Shown: piece after piece, positions 20,356 through 28,217 of the stretch | Layout: each line of letters opens with the position of its first letter | Position numbering within the stretch: position 1 is the stretch's first letter | Assembly: GCA_050946395.1 (NCBI GenBank) | Contig: JBMNUR010000002.1 | Location: forward strand, 1 to 54,547 | Origin: Peptococcales bacterium | GTDB lineage: Bacteria; Bacillota; Peptococcia; Peptococcales; BICA1-8 | DNA length: 54,547 nucleotides | Direction of reading: 5' to 3' | The notes under the pieces: model-generated | Told to the model about the DNA's origin: nothing | What the model saw: the letters and a program-made list of their open reading frames with translations, nothing else | Databases searched by the model: none | Program-made: the position numbers and the translations under genes

Positions 20356-20419
20356 GCCCACGTGCCCACGAATTGACGAATAGACGTATAAACGTATAAA
20401 CAATCTACGAAATAACGAC
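20356..20419. repeat. ACGAATAGACG/ACGTATAAACG word block downstream of the rplS terminator
   Basis: GCCCACGTGCCCACGAATTGACGAATAGACGTATAAACGTATAAAC... Related words occur at 8018-8080, 48268-48300, 50524-50550 and 53119-53154. Confidence 0.7.
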
Positions 20420-20446
20420 AAAAAGGGACTGAATAATCAGTCCCTG
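20417..20446 (-). terminator. rho-independent terminator after rplS
   Basis: AGGGACUGA-UUAU-UCAGUCCCU followed by UUUUGU. Confidence 0.8.
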
Positions 20447-20451
20447 TTAGT

Positions 20452-20796
20452 TTACTTGCGTAAGTCTTTAATTCTAGCAGCTTTGCCGGACCTTTCACGT
20501 AAGTAATATAATTTAGCTCTTCTTACACGGCCTCTGCGTAAAACAGTAAGTTTATCAATACGAGGAGAGTGAACTGGAAAACAACGTTCTACCGCTACAC
20601 CATAAGCAACACGGCGAACAGTAAAGGTTTCACTCAAACCTGAACCACGACGTTTAATAACAACACCTTCAAAAGCCTGGATACGTTCTCTGTTACCTTC
20701 AACAACTTTTACATCAACTCTAACTGTATCGCCGGGTTTAAAATCAGGTAATTCTTTTTTAAAATGTTCAGCTTCGATAGTTCTAATAATATCCAC
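20452..20796 (-). CDS. rplS: 50S ribosomal protein L19
   Basis: [32 protein letters not shown] start after GGAAGGGGGG. Confidence 0.95.
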   Translation of the reverse strand: MDIIRTIEAEHFKKELPDFKPGDTVRVDVKVVEGNRERIQAFEGVVIKRRGSGLSETFTVRRVAYGVAVERCFPVHSPRIDKLTVLRRGRVRRAKLYYLRERSGKAARIKDLRK

Positions 20797-20947
20797 GGGA
20801 ATTCCCCCCTTCCTCTCTAGACGTTCTTATCTTCCAAGCAACATGAGGCAGGAGACAAGACATCAAGCAAAACCTATTCTTGCTTCAAACATCTTGCATC
20901 TTGCTTTTTGCCTAAGACAGCGGACCGCCCGTTTTAAACACTTGGCA
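20797..20947 (-). promoter_or_regulatory. about 140-nt structured 5' leader of rplS (candidate L19 autoregulatory leader)
   Basis: Lies between the strong promoter and the SD. Nested stems AGGCA..UGCCU and AAGCAA..UUGCUU. Confidence 0.35.
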
Positions 20948-20976
20948 ATTATATCATAAACTAGTGAAAGATACAA
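20948..20976 (-). promoter_or_regulatory. sigma-A promoter of rplS with extended -10
   Basis: Minus-sense TTGTAT-17 nt-(TGa)TATAAT. Confidence 0.7.
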
Positions 20977-20980
20977 GATT

Positions 20981-21547
20981 CTACCACCATTTTTCCCCAC
21001 TAAGTCTATCTAAAATAATAGCTACTGCACTTCGCACTGAAAGATGGTTATATTCTCCGGCTCCCAAAATGGGATACAATCGGTAATCAGCAGCATCCAT
21101 AACTTCTTTAGCTAAACCCCATCCAGTTCCAAACAATAAAAGATAACAATAGTCTTTAGTCGCTATTTCTTCTCGAAGTTTCTTATAGCTTGTAGAACTA
21201 GGATAAATCCTTGCATCTGTAACAATAGTTTTTACATCCAGGCCAAATTTTTCCCTTATATCATCTTTAACTGTTTCTATACTATCCTTAATAATAACAT
21301 TTTGTAAGGCAACTTTTCGATCAGGATTATATATACTCCCATAACCTTCTTGCCAATAATTTAAGATTTCCCGAGCTATTTCTGCTTGGGCTTCTAAAGG
21401 GTGAATAACATAATACCTTTTTATATCATACGTTACACAAGATCGAGCAATATCATGAATATCTAGATTAGTTATCGAGGTATTAATTACCTCCATATTT
21501 TTATTATATATAGGATAATGTACTAATCCTAGAAATAGTTTACCCAT
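20981..21547 (-). CDS. SPOUT-like RNA methyltransferase of unknown target (TM1570/DUF2168-like)
   Basis: Conserved position downstream of trmD. ATG 21547 makes an 8-nt ATGGGTAA overlap with the trmD stop, with SD GAGGAAAG. Family is from memory. Confidence 0.6.
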   Translation of the reverse strand: MGKLFLGLVHYPIYNKNMEVINTSITNLDIHDIARSCVTYDIKRYYVIHPLEAQAEIAREILNYWQEGYGSIYNPDRKVALQNVIIKDSIETVKDDIREKFGLDVKTIVTDARIYPSSTSYKKLREEIATKDYCYLLLFGTGWGLAKEVMDAADYRLYPILGAGEYNHLSVRSAVAIILDRLSGEKWW

Positions 21548-22283
21548 TGCTTCTTTCCTCAATTTCGATTTCTTGTAATAATTTTTGATCTTCTTCACTT
21601 AGTTTATAGTGGGTCAATAAATCCGGCCTTCTTTTTAAGGTCCTCCGCAAAGCCTCTTTATGACGCCATTGCTCAATCTGCTTATGATTCCCTGATAATA
21701 AAACTTCGGGAACTTCTAAGTTTCGAAAAACCCGGGGCCTAGTATACTGAGGATATTCCAGAAGTCCTTGGTAGAAAGAGTCTTCTTCAAAAGACTGGGT
21801 TTCTTTAATCACGCCAGGTATTAACCTGGCTATGGAGTCAATCATAACCATGGCCGGCAATTCCCCACCAGTTAAAACATAATCACCGATGGAAAATTCC
21901 TGAGTTACAAATGATCTTATTCTTTCATCAAAACCTTCATAATGACCACAAATAAAAGCCAAAGTTTTTTTCCCGGCCAATATTTTCGCATGTTCTTGAT
22001 TAAAAACTTTGCCTTGAGGAGAAAGTAGAATAATTTCCTGATGCTCATCACCAAAAGATAAGTTATCTTCCAGGGCCAAAATTAGAGGTTCTGGCTTTAA
22101 TACCATACCAGTTCCCCCTCCATAGGGATAGTCATCTACAGAATTATGCTTATCCTGAGCGTAGTCACGAAAATTTATGAGGGAAATGTTTATTAATCCT
22201 TTTTGTCTTGCTTTAAATAGGATACTAGTGTTAAATGGACTTTCAAACATTTGCGGAAAAATGGTAAAAACTTTTACTTCCAA
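21540..22283 (-). CDS. trmD: tRNA (guanine37-N1)-methyltransferase
   Basis: VFTIFPQMF...DDYPYGGGTGMV...GHYEGFDERI. TTG 22283 lies 5 nt after GAGGTGGGA. The alternative is TTG 22298, which overlaps the rimM stop. Confidence 0.9.
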   Translation of the reverse strand: MEVKVFTIFPQMFESPFNTSILFKARQKGLINISLINFRDYAQDKHNSVDDYPYGGGTGMVLKPEPLILALEDNLSFGDEHQEIILLSPQGKVFNQEHAKILAGKKTLAFICGHYEGFDERIRSFVTQEFSIGDYVLTGGELPAMVMIDSIARLIPGVIKETQSFEEDSFYQGLLEYPQYTRPRVFRNLEVPEVLLSGNHKQIEQWRHKEALRRTLKRRPDLLTHYKLSEEDQKLLQEIEIEERSNG

Positions 22284-22294
22284 ATTATCCCACC

Positions 22295-22792
22295 TCAATC
22301 TACTAAACCCTCAGGTAAAGTAACCAACATTTTTTTATGTTCCAAATTTATTTCTTGAACAATTGATTTCAAAGCTGGAATCAGTATTTGCTTTTCGTTA
22401 TTTTTAACTATATATACATCATTACTACCGGTTTGAATAACGTCAGTAATTTGCCCTAAATATGTTTCGTTTTCATATACCTCAAGCCCAATAATTTGGA
22501 AAATAAAGAAGTGACCCTCAGGTAATTCAACTAATTGATTTTCATCAATAACAATATATTTCCCTCGTAACATTTCCGCGGCAGACATATCCGGAATTTC
22601 TTTAAATTTAATAATTACAAAATTTTTAAACCTCCGGACATTTTCAATTTGCATTTTTGTTTTACCCACAGGCATCTCTACGTAAACATATTCTAATTTT
22701 TTAAATCTTTCCTGATTATCAGTAAGAGGTAAAACTTTTACCTCCCCCTTATGTCCATGTGTAGTAAGAATCTGGCCTACTTTTATCATCAA
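22295..22792 (-). CDS. rimM: 16S rRNA processing protein RimM
   Basis: GxxxTHGxKGEVKV N-terminus plus a PRC-barrel C-terminus, in the canonical position upstream of trmD. Confidence 0.9.
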   Translation of the reverse strand: MMIKVGQILTTHGHKGEVKVLPLTDNQERFKKLEYVYVEMPVGKTKMQIENVRRFKNFVIIKFKEIPDMSAAEMLRGKYIVIDENQLVELPEGHFFIFQIIGLEVYENETYLGQITDVIQTGSNDVYIVKNNEKQILIPALKSIVQEINLEHKKMLVTLPEGLVD

Positions 22793-22811
22793 AATAAACC
22801 AACCCCAATAT

Positions 22812-22846
22812 TAGTTACTAGTGATTAGTGACTGGTGACTAGTCAG
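22812..22846. repeat. period-7 array (TAGTTAC TAGTGAT TAGTGAC TGGTGAC TAGTCAG)
   Basis: Five heptamer units that begin 20 nt upstream of the rimM start. Confidence 0.85.
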
Positions 22847-22887
22847 TCAAGGGTCAATGGACGATAGTCTAAGGTCTATTAGATACA

Positions 22888-22964
22888 TGTCATTGAGAGC
22901 CGCAAGGCGTGACAATCTTACGGGGCACAAGATCGGAAAGTCGCTTTCGCTCCTCGCGATGACA
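22888..22964. repeat. 77-nt GC-richer palindromic element
   Basis: TGTCATTGAGAGCCGCAAGGCGTGACAATCTT-ACGGGGCAC-AAGATCGGAAAGTCGCTTTCGCTCCTCGCGATGACA. Termini are TGTCAT/ATGACA. Confidence 0.7.
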
Positions 22965-22983
22965 AAGCGAAATCATAATCTCG

Positions 22984-23027
22984 TGTAGATAATGTAGAAC
23001 TGTAGGTATAGTAGCTACTGTAGGTTC
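22984..23027. repeat. TGTAG-word low-complexity block (period about 8-9 nt)
   Basis: TGTAG occurs at 22984, 22993, 23001 and 23019. Confidence 0.6.
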
Positions 23028-23032
23028 TAAAG

Positions 23033-23440
23033 TCAGCTTCTTATGTCAATAACAATACCATCTTTAAGAATTATTTCTACCCTACCTAAACTCTCGAAAC
23101 TATCTCCTACTTTAATATCCATAGGACCGTCAATAGTTCCTTGCACAACTTCTTCACCAATATTTAGCTTGCTTATTAATTTTATCCGGTCTAGAAGCTG
23201 TTGTTTATAATTTTTTAACTTCTCTCTTTCTATTTCCACCTGTTGCTTGACCTGATTAATTTGCGGATGTCCCTTGAGAGTCAATTCTGTAATTGTCTTT
23301 TTGGTTTGTTTGTCAAAGTTTTCCAAATCAAATTCCACTTTTTTTAAAGCTTCCTGGACATCCGCTGCCCCTTTCTTTTTAAAATCTTCCGTTACTACCT
23401 GTTTTACAGTTATTGTTCTCATTACTGTTACCTTGTCCAT
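23033..23440 (-). CDS. ylqD: YlqD-family protein
   Basis: 135-aa coiled-coil protein between the KH protein and rimM, as in Bacillus (rpsP-ylqC-ylqD-rimM-trmD-rplS). Confidence 0.7.
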   Translation of the reverse strand: MDKVTVMRTITVKQVVTEDFKKKGAADVQEALKKVEFDLENFDKQTKKTITELTLKGHPQINQVKQQVEIEREKLKNYKQQLLDRIKLISKLNIGEEVVQGTIDGPMDIKVGDSFESLGRVEIILKDGIVIDIRS

Positions 23441-23486
23441 TTATGAAACCTCCTAACCAAGTCAAATAGGGGCTATTAGCCCCTAT

Positions 23487-23717
23487 TTACTGTAATATTT
23501 CTACTACTACTTTTTTACCTTCCCGTGTTGCTGCAGCTTTTACTACTGTACGGATAGCTTTAGCTATTCTGCCTTGCTTTCCGATAATTTTACCCATATC
23601 TTCGGAAGCAACTGTTAACTCTAAAATAACCGAGCGCTCACCTTCTACTTCTCTTACTTGAACTTGCTCGGGATTATCTACCAGAGACTTAGCTAAAAAC
23701 TCTACTAATTCCCGCAC
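23487..23717 (-). CDS. ylqC: KH-domain RNA-binding protein (YlqC/KhpA family)
   Basis: 76-aa protein with the [19 protein letters not shown] motif, directly downstream of rpsP. Confidence 0.85.
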   Translation of the reverse strand: MRELVEFLAKSLVDNPEQVQVREVEGERSVILELTVASEDMGKIIGKQGRIAKAIRTVVKAAATREGKKVVVEILQ

Positions 23718-23732
23718 TTTAATACCCCCTAA

Positions 23733-23975
23733 TTATAGTATTCCAGCTTTTTTAAATAAGGATTTTACAGTATCAGAGGGTTGGGCACCAGTTTCAATCC
23801 ATTTTTTTGCTTTTTCGGCATCAATATCTATAAGAGCAGGTTCCTTGGTAGGATTATAAGTACCAATCTCATCGATAAAGCGACCATCCCTAGGAGAGCG
23901 AGTATCTGCCACTACCAAACGGTAGAAAGGATTCTTTTTAGCACCCATTCTTTTAAGTCTAATTTTTGTTGCCAT
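23733..23975 (-). CDS. rpsP: 30S ribosomal protein S16
   Basis: [25 protein letters not shown] 23975 lies 5 nt after GGGAGGTGA. Confidence 0.95.
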   Translation of the reverse strand: MATKIRLKRMGAKKNPFYRLVVADTRSPRDGRFIDEIGTYNPTKEPALIDIDAEKAKKWIETGAQPSDTVKSLFKKAGIL

Positions 23976-23994
23976 TATTTTCACCTCCCTTGAT

Positions 23995-24077
23995 TTAGAG
24001 GTTAGAGGTTAGAGATCTTTGAGGTTTGATTTGTGTCATGCTTCCAAGCATTGACTAGGCCTAACTTCTAACTTCTA
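23995..24077. repeat. inverted heptamer arrays (TTAGAGG)x3 ... (CTAACTT)x2.5 around an ATGCTTCCAAGCAT palindrome
   Basis: 23996-24013 is complementary to 24060-24077 at 15 of 18 positions. Two of the three mismatches are G.T (G.U in plus-sense RNA). The central palindrome is at 24038-24051. Confidence 0.75.
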
Positions 24078-24119
24078 GACTGAGAAAGTCCCCAATAAAA
24101 GAATAGAGACAATTTATTT

Positions 24120-25460
24120 TTACATAAAAGGTAATTTAAATTTACCTTTTTTGCCCTTGCCCTGTGCCATGCCAGAGAACTGTTTCATCATTTTTTGAGC
24201 CTGTTCAAATTGTTTTAACAGTCTATTCACATCTTGAACCTTCGTCCCACTACCTAAGGCAATTCTTCTTCTACGGCTGCCATTAATTTTTTGAGGGTTT
24301 TTCCTCTCATCAACAGTCATAGATTGTATAATAGCTTGAAATCTGTCAAATTCTTTGCCATCAAATTCTAGCCCTTTTAATTTTGCCTTATTCATACCAG
24401 GAATCATATCCATAATCTGATCTAAGGGACCCATGTTCTTCATTTGTTGCATTTGACTCAAAAAGTCTTCTAAGGTAAACTCGGCTTTTAAAAGTTTCTT
24501 TTGCAGTTCTTGAGCCTGTTTCTGATCAAAATTTTCTTGAGCTTTTTCAATTAGAGTTAAAACATCACCCATACCTAAAATCCTGGAAGCCATCCTCTCC
24601 GGATGAAAAGGCTCTAATGCATCCATTTTTTCGCCCATTCCAGCAAATTTTATGGGTTTTCCTGTAACTGCTTTAACTGAAAGAGCAGCTCCACCTCTAG
24701 TATCACCATCTAGTTTAGTTAAAACAACACCTGTCAATTCTAATAATTCATTGAACTTTTCTGCTACATTAACAGCATCTTGACCTGTCATAGCATCTAC
24801 TACTAATAATATTTCCGAAGGTTTCACTTCATTTTTTATGGAGGAAAGTTCGAACATTAACTCCTCATCAATATGCAGTCGACCGGCAGTATCAAGAAGA
24901 ATAAAATCATTACCATGATAGTTAGCATGACTTACAGCTTGTTTAGCAATATCAACAGGGCTTGTTTTATCACCCAAACTAAATACCGGGATATCTAACT
25001 GTTCACCTAAAACCTGAAGTTGTTTGATAGCAGCAGGGCGGTAGATATCACAGGCAACGAGTAAAGGTCTACGGCCTTGTTTTTTTAAGTAACGTCCAAG
25101 TTTACCTGTTGAAGTAGTTTTACCTGAACCTTGCAAGCCAACCATCATAATTATCGTAGGGGGTTTCGGAGAAATTTCTAATTTACTTTGAGCACCACCC
25201 ATCAATTGGGTTAGTTCGTCATTAACTATTTTAATAACTTGTTGACCAGGTGTTAGGCTCTCCAAGACATCTTGTCCTAATGCCCGATCATTGATGGCAT
25301 TTATAAAATCTTTAACCACCTTATAATTGACATCAGCTTCCAATAATGCTACACGTACCTCGCGGAGAGCAGCCTTTAAGTCTTTTTCGGAAATTTTACC
25401 CTGTCCTTTAAGTTTTTTAAAAATACCTTGTAACTTCTCGCCCAGGTTTTCAAAGGCCAC
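24120..25460 (-). CDS. ffh: signal recognition particle protein Ffh
   Basis: [20 protein letters not shown], and a Met-rich M domain. Confidence 0.95.
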   Translation of the reverse strand: MAFENLGEKLQGIFKKLKGQGKISEKDLKAALREVRVALLEADVNYKVVKDFINAINDRALGQDVLESLTPGQQVIKIVNDELTQLMGGAQSKLEISPKPPTIIMMVGLQGSGKTTSTGKLGRYLKKQGRRPLLVACDIYRPAAIKQLQVLGEQLDIPVFSLGDKTSPVDIAKQAVSHANYHGNDFILLDTAGRLHIDEELMFELSSIKNEVKPSEILLVVDAMTGQDAVNVAEKFNELLELTGVVLTKLDGDTRGGAALSVKAVTGKPIKFAGMGEKMDALEPFHPERMASRILGMGDVLTLIEKAQENFDQKQAQELQKKLLKAEFTLEDFLSQMQQMKNMGPLDQIMDMIPGMNKAKLKGLEFDGKEFDRFQAIIQSMTVDERKNPQKINGSRRRRIALGSGTKVQDVNRLLKQFEQAQKMMKQFSGMAQGKGKKGKFKLPFM

Positions 25461-25479
25461 TATTAAAACCTCCTTTGTT

Positions 25480-25503
25480 TAGTGACTGGTGACTAGTTAG
25501 TCA
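25480..25503. repeat. period-7 array (TAGTGAC TGGTGAC TAGTTAG..)
   Basis: Begins 20 nt upstream of the ffh GTG start. Confidence 0.8.
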
Positions 25504-25557
25504 TTGTCAAAAGTCTATGGTTTTTAATCTAGAAAGGGAAATCTTAGTTTTATCTCA

Positions 25558-25902
25558 TTAATTATCATTGATAACGTCATTAATGATTTTTTTCAGTTCG
25601 TCTAATTTAACACTATTATTACATTGCAATTGTTCAATAAGAATTAATGCATTTTGTAACTTGTTTTTATTTCTTTGAAATTTTTCAACTAAATGTAATT
25701 TATCTTCATATTCTTCTAATATGTTTTCACTTCTTTTGATAATATCATATACAGCTTGGCGAGAAATCTGTTGTTCGCCGGCAATTTCCCCTAAAGATAG
25801 ATCGTTTTGATAATAATAATCAAAAATTAACTGTTGCTTTTCAGTTAATAAAGCACCATAAAAATCGAACAATAAAATTAGATAATCTCTTCTTTGGAGC
25901 AT
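25558..25902 (-). CDS. ylxM: YlxM-family (UPF0122) putative DNA-binding protein
   Basis: 114 aa, sigma-70 region-4-like HTH ([19 protein letters not shown]), upstream of ffh. Confidence 0.85.
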   Translation of the reverse strand: MLQRRDYLILLFDFYGALLTEKQQLIFDYYYQNDLSLGEIAGEQQISRQAVYDIIKRSENILEEYEDKLHLVEKFQRNKNKLQNALILIEQLQCNNSVKLDELKKIINDVINDN

Positions 25903-25916
25903 AATATCACAGCCTT

Positions 25917-25968
25917 TAGTGACTAGTGGCTAGTGGCTAGTGGCTAGTCTATGGTCTATATTCTATGG
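25917..25968. repeat. period-7 array drifting TAGTGAC -> (TAGTGGC)x3 -> TAGTCTA TGGTCTA TATTCTA
   Basis: About 7.5 heptamer units that begin 15 nt upstream of the ylxM ATG. Confidence 0.85.
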
Positions 25969-26015
25969 ACAATTTACGAATTTCCGTCAAGGCTACTTGC
26001 TTAATAACATGATTA

Positions 26016-26044
26016 ATAATAATATATCCTTTTTATGTTGTCAA
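26016..26044 (-). promoter_or_regulatory. sigma-A promoter of ylxM-ffh
   Basis: Minus-sense TTGACA-17 nt-TATTAT. Confidence 0.6.
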
Positions 26045-26095
26045 GTAGAAAAGCTTTACAGGTATAAATAACACGAGTAATTATCCCAATTGACA

Positions 26096-26128
26096 ATTGT
26101 TTAACTATTGTTTAATTATTGTTTAACT
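26096..26128. repeat. 3 x 11-nt tandem repeat (ATTGTTTAACT ATTGTTTAATT ATTGTTTAACT)
   Basis: Read directly. Lies between the mtaD terminator and the ylxM promoter. Confidence 0.85.
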
Positions 26129-26130
26129 AA

Positions 26131-26158
26131 TATCAAAGGCGGACAAAGTCGTCCGCCC
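26131..26158 (-). terminator. rho-independent terminator after mtaD
   Basis: GGCGGAC-GACUUU-GUCCGCC followed by UUUGAUAUU. Confidence 0.7.
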
Positions 26159-26215
26159 CTACATCTGACCAAATCTATTCCAACATTCCCCTTATTCTTC
26201 CACTTTTTCACTCTT

Positions 26216-27505
26216 TCACTTTTCTACTAACTTATCTGTTTCAAAGAGGATTTTTTCCTCATCCATTGTTAATACTTGCCTATTTCGCATAACTACTTTC
26301 CCATCGATAATTGTTGTTTTAACGTCGGAGCCTTGAGCCGAATAGATTAAGTTTGCAACCAAGTCATGGCAAGGATATAAATGAGGCTGATTAAGGTCAA
26401 CAAGAATTAAATCCGCCTTTTTGCCGGTTTCCAAAGTACCTATTTCATGAGCTAAATTAATTGCTTGGGCGCCATTAATGGTTCCCATTTGTAAAACCTG
26501 AAAAGCCGGTACAAGGGTAGGGTCTCCCCAACTAACTTTATGCAAAAGAGAGGCAATATGCATTTCTTCAAACATATTTAGGTTATTATTACTGGCAGTT
26601 CCATCCGTTCCAATGCCAACAGTAACACCCGCATCTAAAAGTTGGGGAATAGGTGCCATGCCGCTGGCTAACTTCATATTACTGGTAGGATTATGGGCTA
26701 CCCCTGCTCCTACCTCAGCCAAAATTTCGATATCGTCCTCGGTAAGATGAACACAATGAGCAGCAAGAACCGGTACTTCAAATAGTCCCAAATCATAGAC
26801 ATGCTTAACAGGAGTTTTACCATATTGTTTTCTAAGATCAGTAAACTCCTGTTTAGTTTCCGCCAAATGGATGTGTAAACCAACCTTGAATTCCTTGGCT
26901 AATTCTAAAACTTTGTTCAAATAATCAGGAGTACATGTATATGGGGCATGGGGTCCATAAATACAATTGATTCGCCCATTACCTTTTCCCTGCCAGTTTT
27001 TAATAAATTCTGTACTCTCTGATAAAGATGTATAGGACTTATCATTAACCCCGACCATACCTCTGGCTAAAACAGCTCTTATGCCACTTTCCTCTACCGC
27101 CTGGGCCACGCGATCCATAAAAAAGTACATATCAGCAAAGGTAGTAGTGCCTGATTTAATCATTTCTAAAATGGCCAACAAACTTCCCCAATAAATGTGT
27201 TCAGCACCTAATTTTGCTTCTTGAGGCCATATTTTTTCTTCAAGCCAGGGCATTAATTCCATATCATCAGCATAACCTCGTAATAAGGTCATAGCAGCAT
27301 GTGTATGACAATTAATTAAACCTGGTAAAGCAAGGCAATTTGCTCCATCAATAATATCTACATCTTTGTTGTATTCTTTAATAGTTCCAATTTTTTTGAT
27401 ATATTGACCCTCAATTAAGATATCTCCCTGTATTATTTGTTCAGCACTATTATCCGCCATAGTTAAAACTTTTGTGTTTCTTATTAAGATTTGTTTCTCT
27501 ACCAA
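26216..27505 (-). CDS. mtaD: 5'-methylthioadenosine/S-adenosylhomocysteine (5'-deoxyadenosine) deaminase, amidohydrolase family
   Basis: INCHTHAAM metal motif and the MtaD/DadD-like length. TTG 27505 lies 4 nt after GGGAGGGGA; the track start at 27556 has no SD. Confidence 0.8.
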   Translation of the reverse strand: MVEKQILIRNTKVLTMADNSAEQIIQGDILIEGQYIKKIGTIKEYNKDVDIIDGANCLALPGLINCHTHAAMTLLRGYADDMELMPWLEEKIWPQEAKLGAEHIYWGSLLAILEMIKSGTTTFADMYFFMDRVAQAVEESGIRAVLARGMVGVNDKSYTSLSESTEFIKNWQGKGNGRINCIYGPHAPYTCTPDYLNKVLELAKEFKVGLHIHLAETKQEFTDLRKQYGKTPVKHVYDLGLFEVPVLAAHCVHLTEDDIEILAEVGAGVAHNPTSNMKLASGMAPIPQLLDAGVTVGIGTDGTASNNNLNMFEEMHIASLLHKVSWGDPTLVPAFQVLQMGTINGAQAINLAHEIGTLETGKKADLILVDLNQPHLYPCHDLVANLIYSAQGSDVKTTIIDGKVVMRNRQVLTMDEEKILFETDKLVEK

Positions 27506-27578
27506 AATATCCCCTCCCACAAAATTATTATTTTTACAGCCATTGGCATCGGCCATGGACCATCGCGACTAACGATAA

Positions 27579-28214
27579 TCATTTTTGACCATAAGAGGTT
27601 AAATATACTTTACGCATCCAATCTACATCTTCCTGGTTTAGAGGAACAGGTTCACCTAAAACTTGAGCAACTAGCCCTATATGGGCTGTTTTTTCCACTA
27701 ATAAACAAGCCTTATATGCTTCACTCAGAGAATTTCCCACTCCCACTACACCATGATTGGCCAATAACACTGCTCCTTTGATGCCTATTGCTGCAACAGC
27801 ATTCTCAGCTAATTCTTTTGTACCAGGTAGGGCATAAGGAGCCACTTCAACAGTTCCTCCGATAACTTGGGCGAAATCCTCAATTAAAGGAGGAATAGGT
27901 TTTCTTGATGCTGCATACGCACTGGCATAAATACTGTGAGTATGTACGACCGCAGTGATATCTGGGCGGTTTTCATAAAAAGCTAGATGTAATTGAAGTT
28001 CACTGGATGGTTTACGTTTGCCTTGAAGTACTTTTCCATTAAAGTCAACAAGTACTAGGTCATCCGGTTCCAATGTTTGATATTCCATGCCACTGGGGGT
28101 AATATAAACACCTTCATCACTATTTTTAGCGGAAATATTTCCCCAGGTAGCAGCAACTAAACCATTTTCTACTAGCAGTTTTCCTATATTAATTATTTCC
28201 AAGGGGATACCCAT
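27579..28214 (-). CDS. class II aldolase/adducin-family protein (MtnB- or Ald2/DrdA-like)
   Basis: 211 aa with PSSELQLH and VVHTHS motifs of the FucA/MtnB fold. Lies 3 nt after mtnA. Confidence 0.75.
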   Translation of the reverse strand: MGIPLEIINIGKLLVENGLVAATWGNISAKNSDEGVYITPSGMEYQTLEPDDLVLVDFNGKVLQGKRKPSSELQLHLAFYENRPDITAVVHTHSIYASAYAASRKPIPPLIEDFAQVIGGTVEVAPYALPGTKELAENAVAAIGIKGAVLLANHGVVGVGNSLSEAYKACLLVEKTAHIGLVAQVLGEPVPLNQEDVDWMRKVYLTSYGQK

Positions 28215-28217
28215 GCC

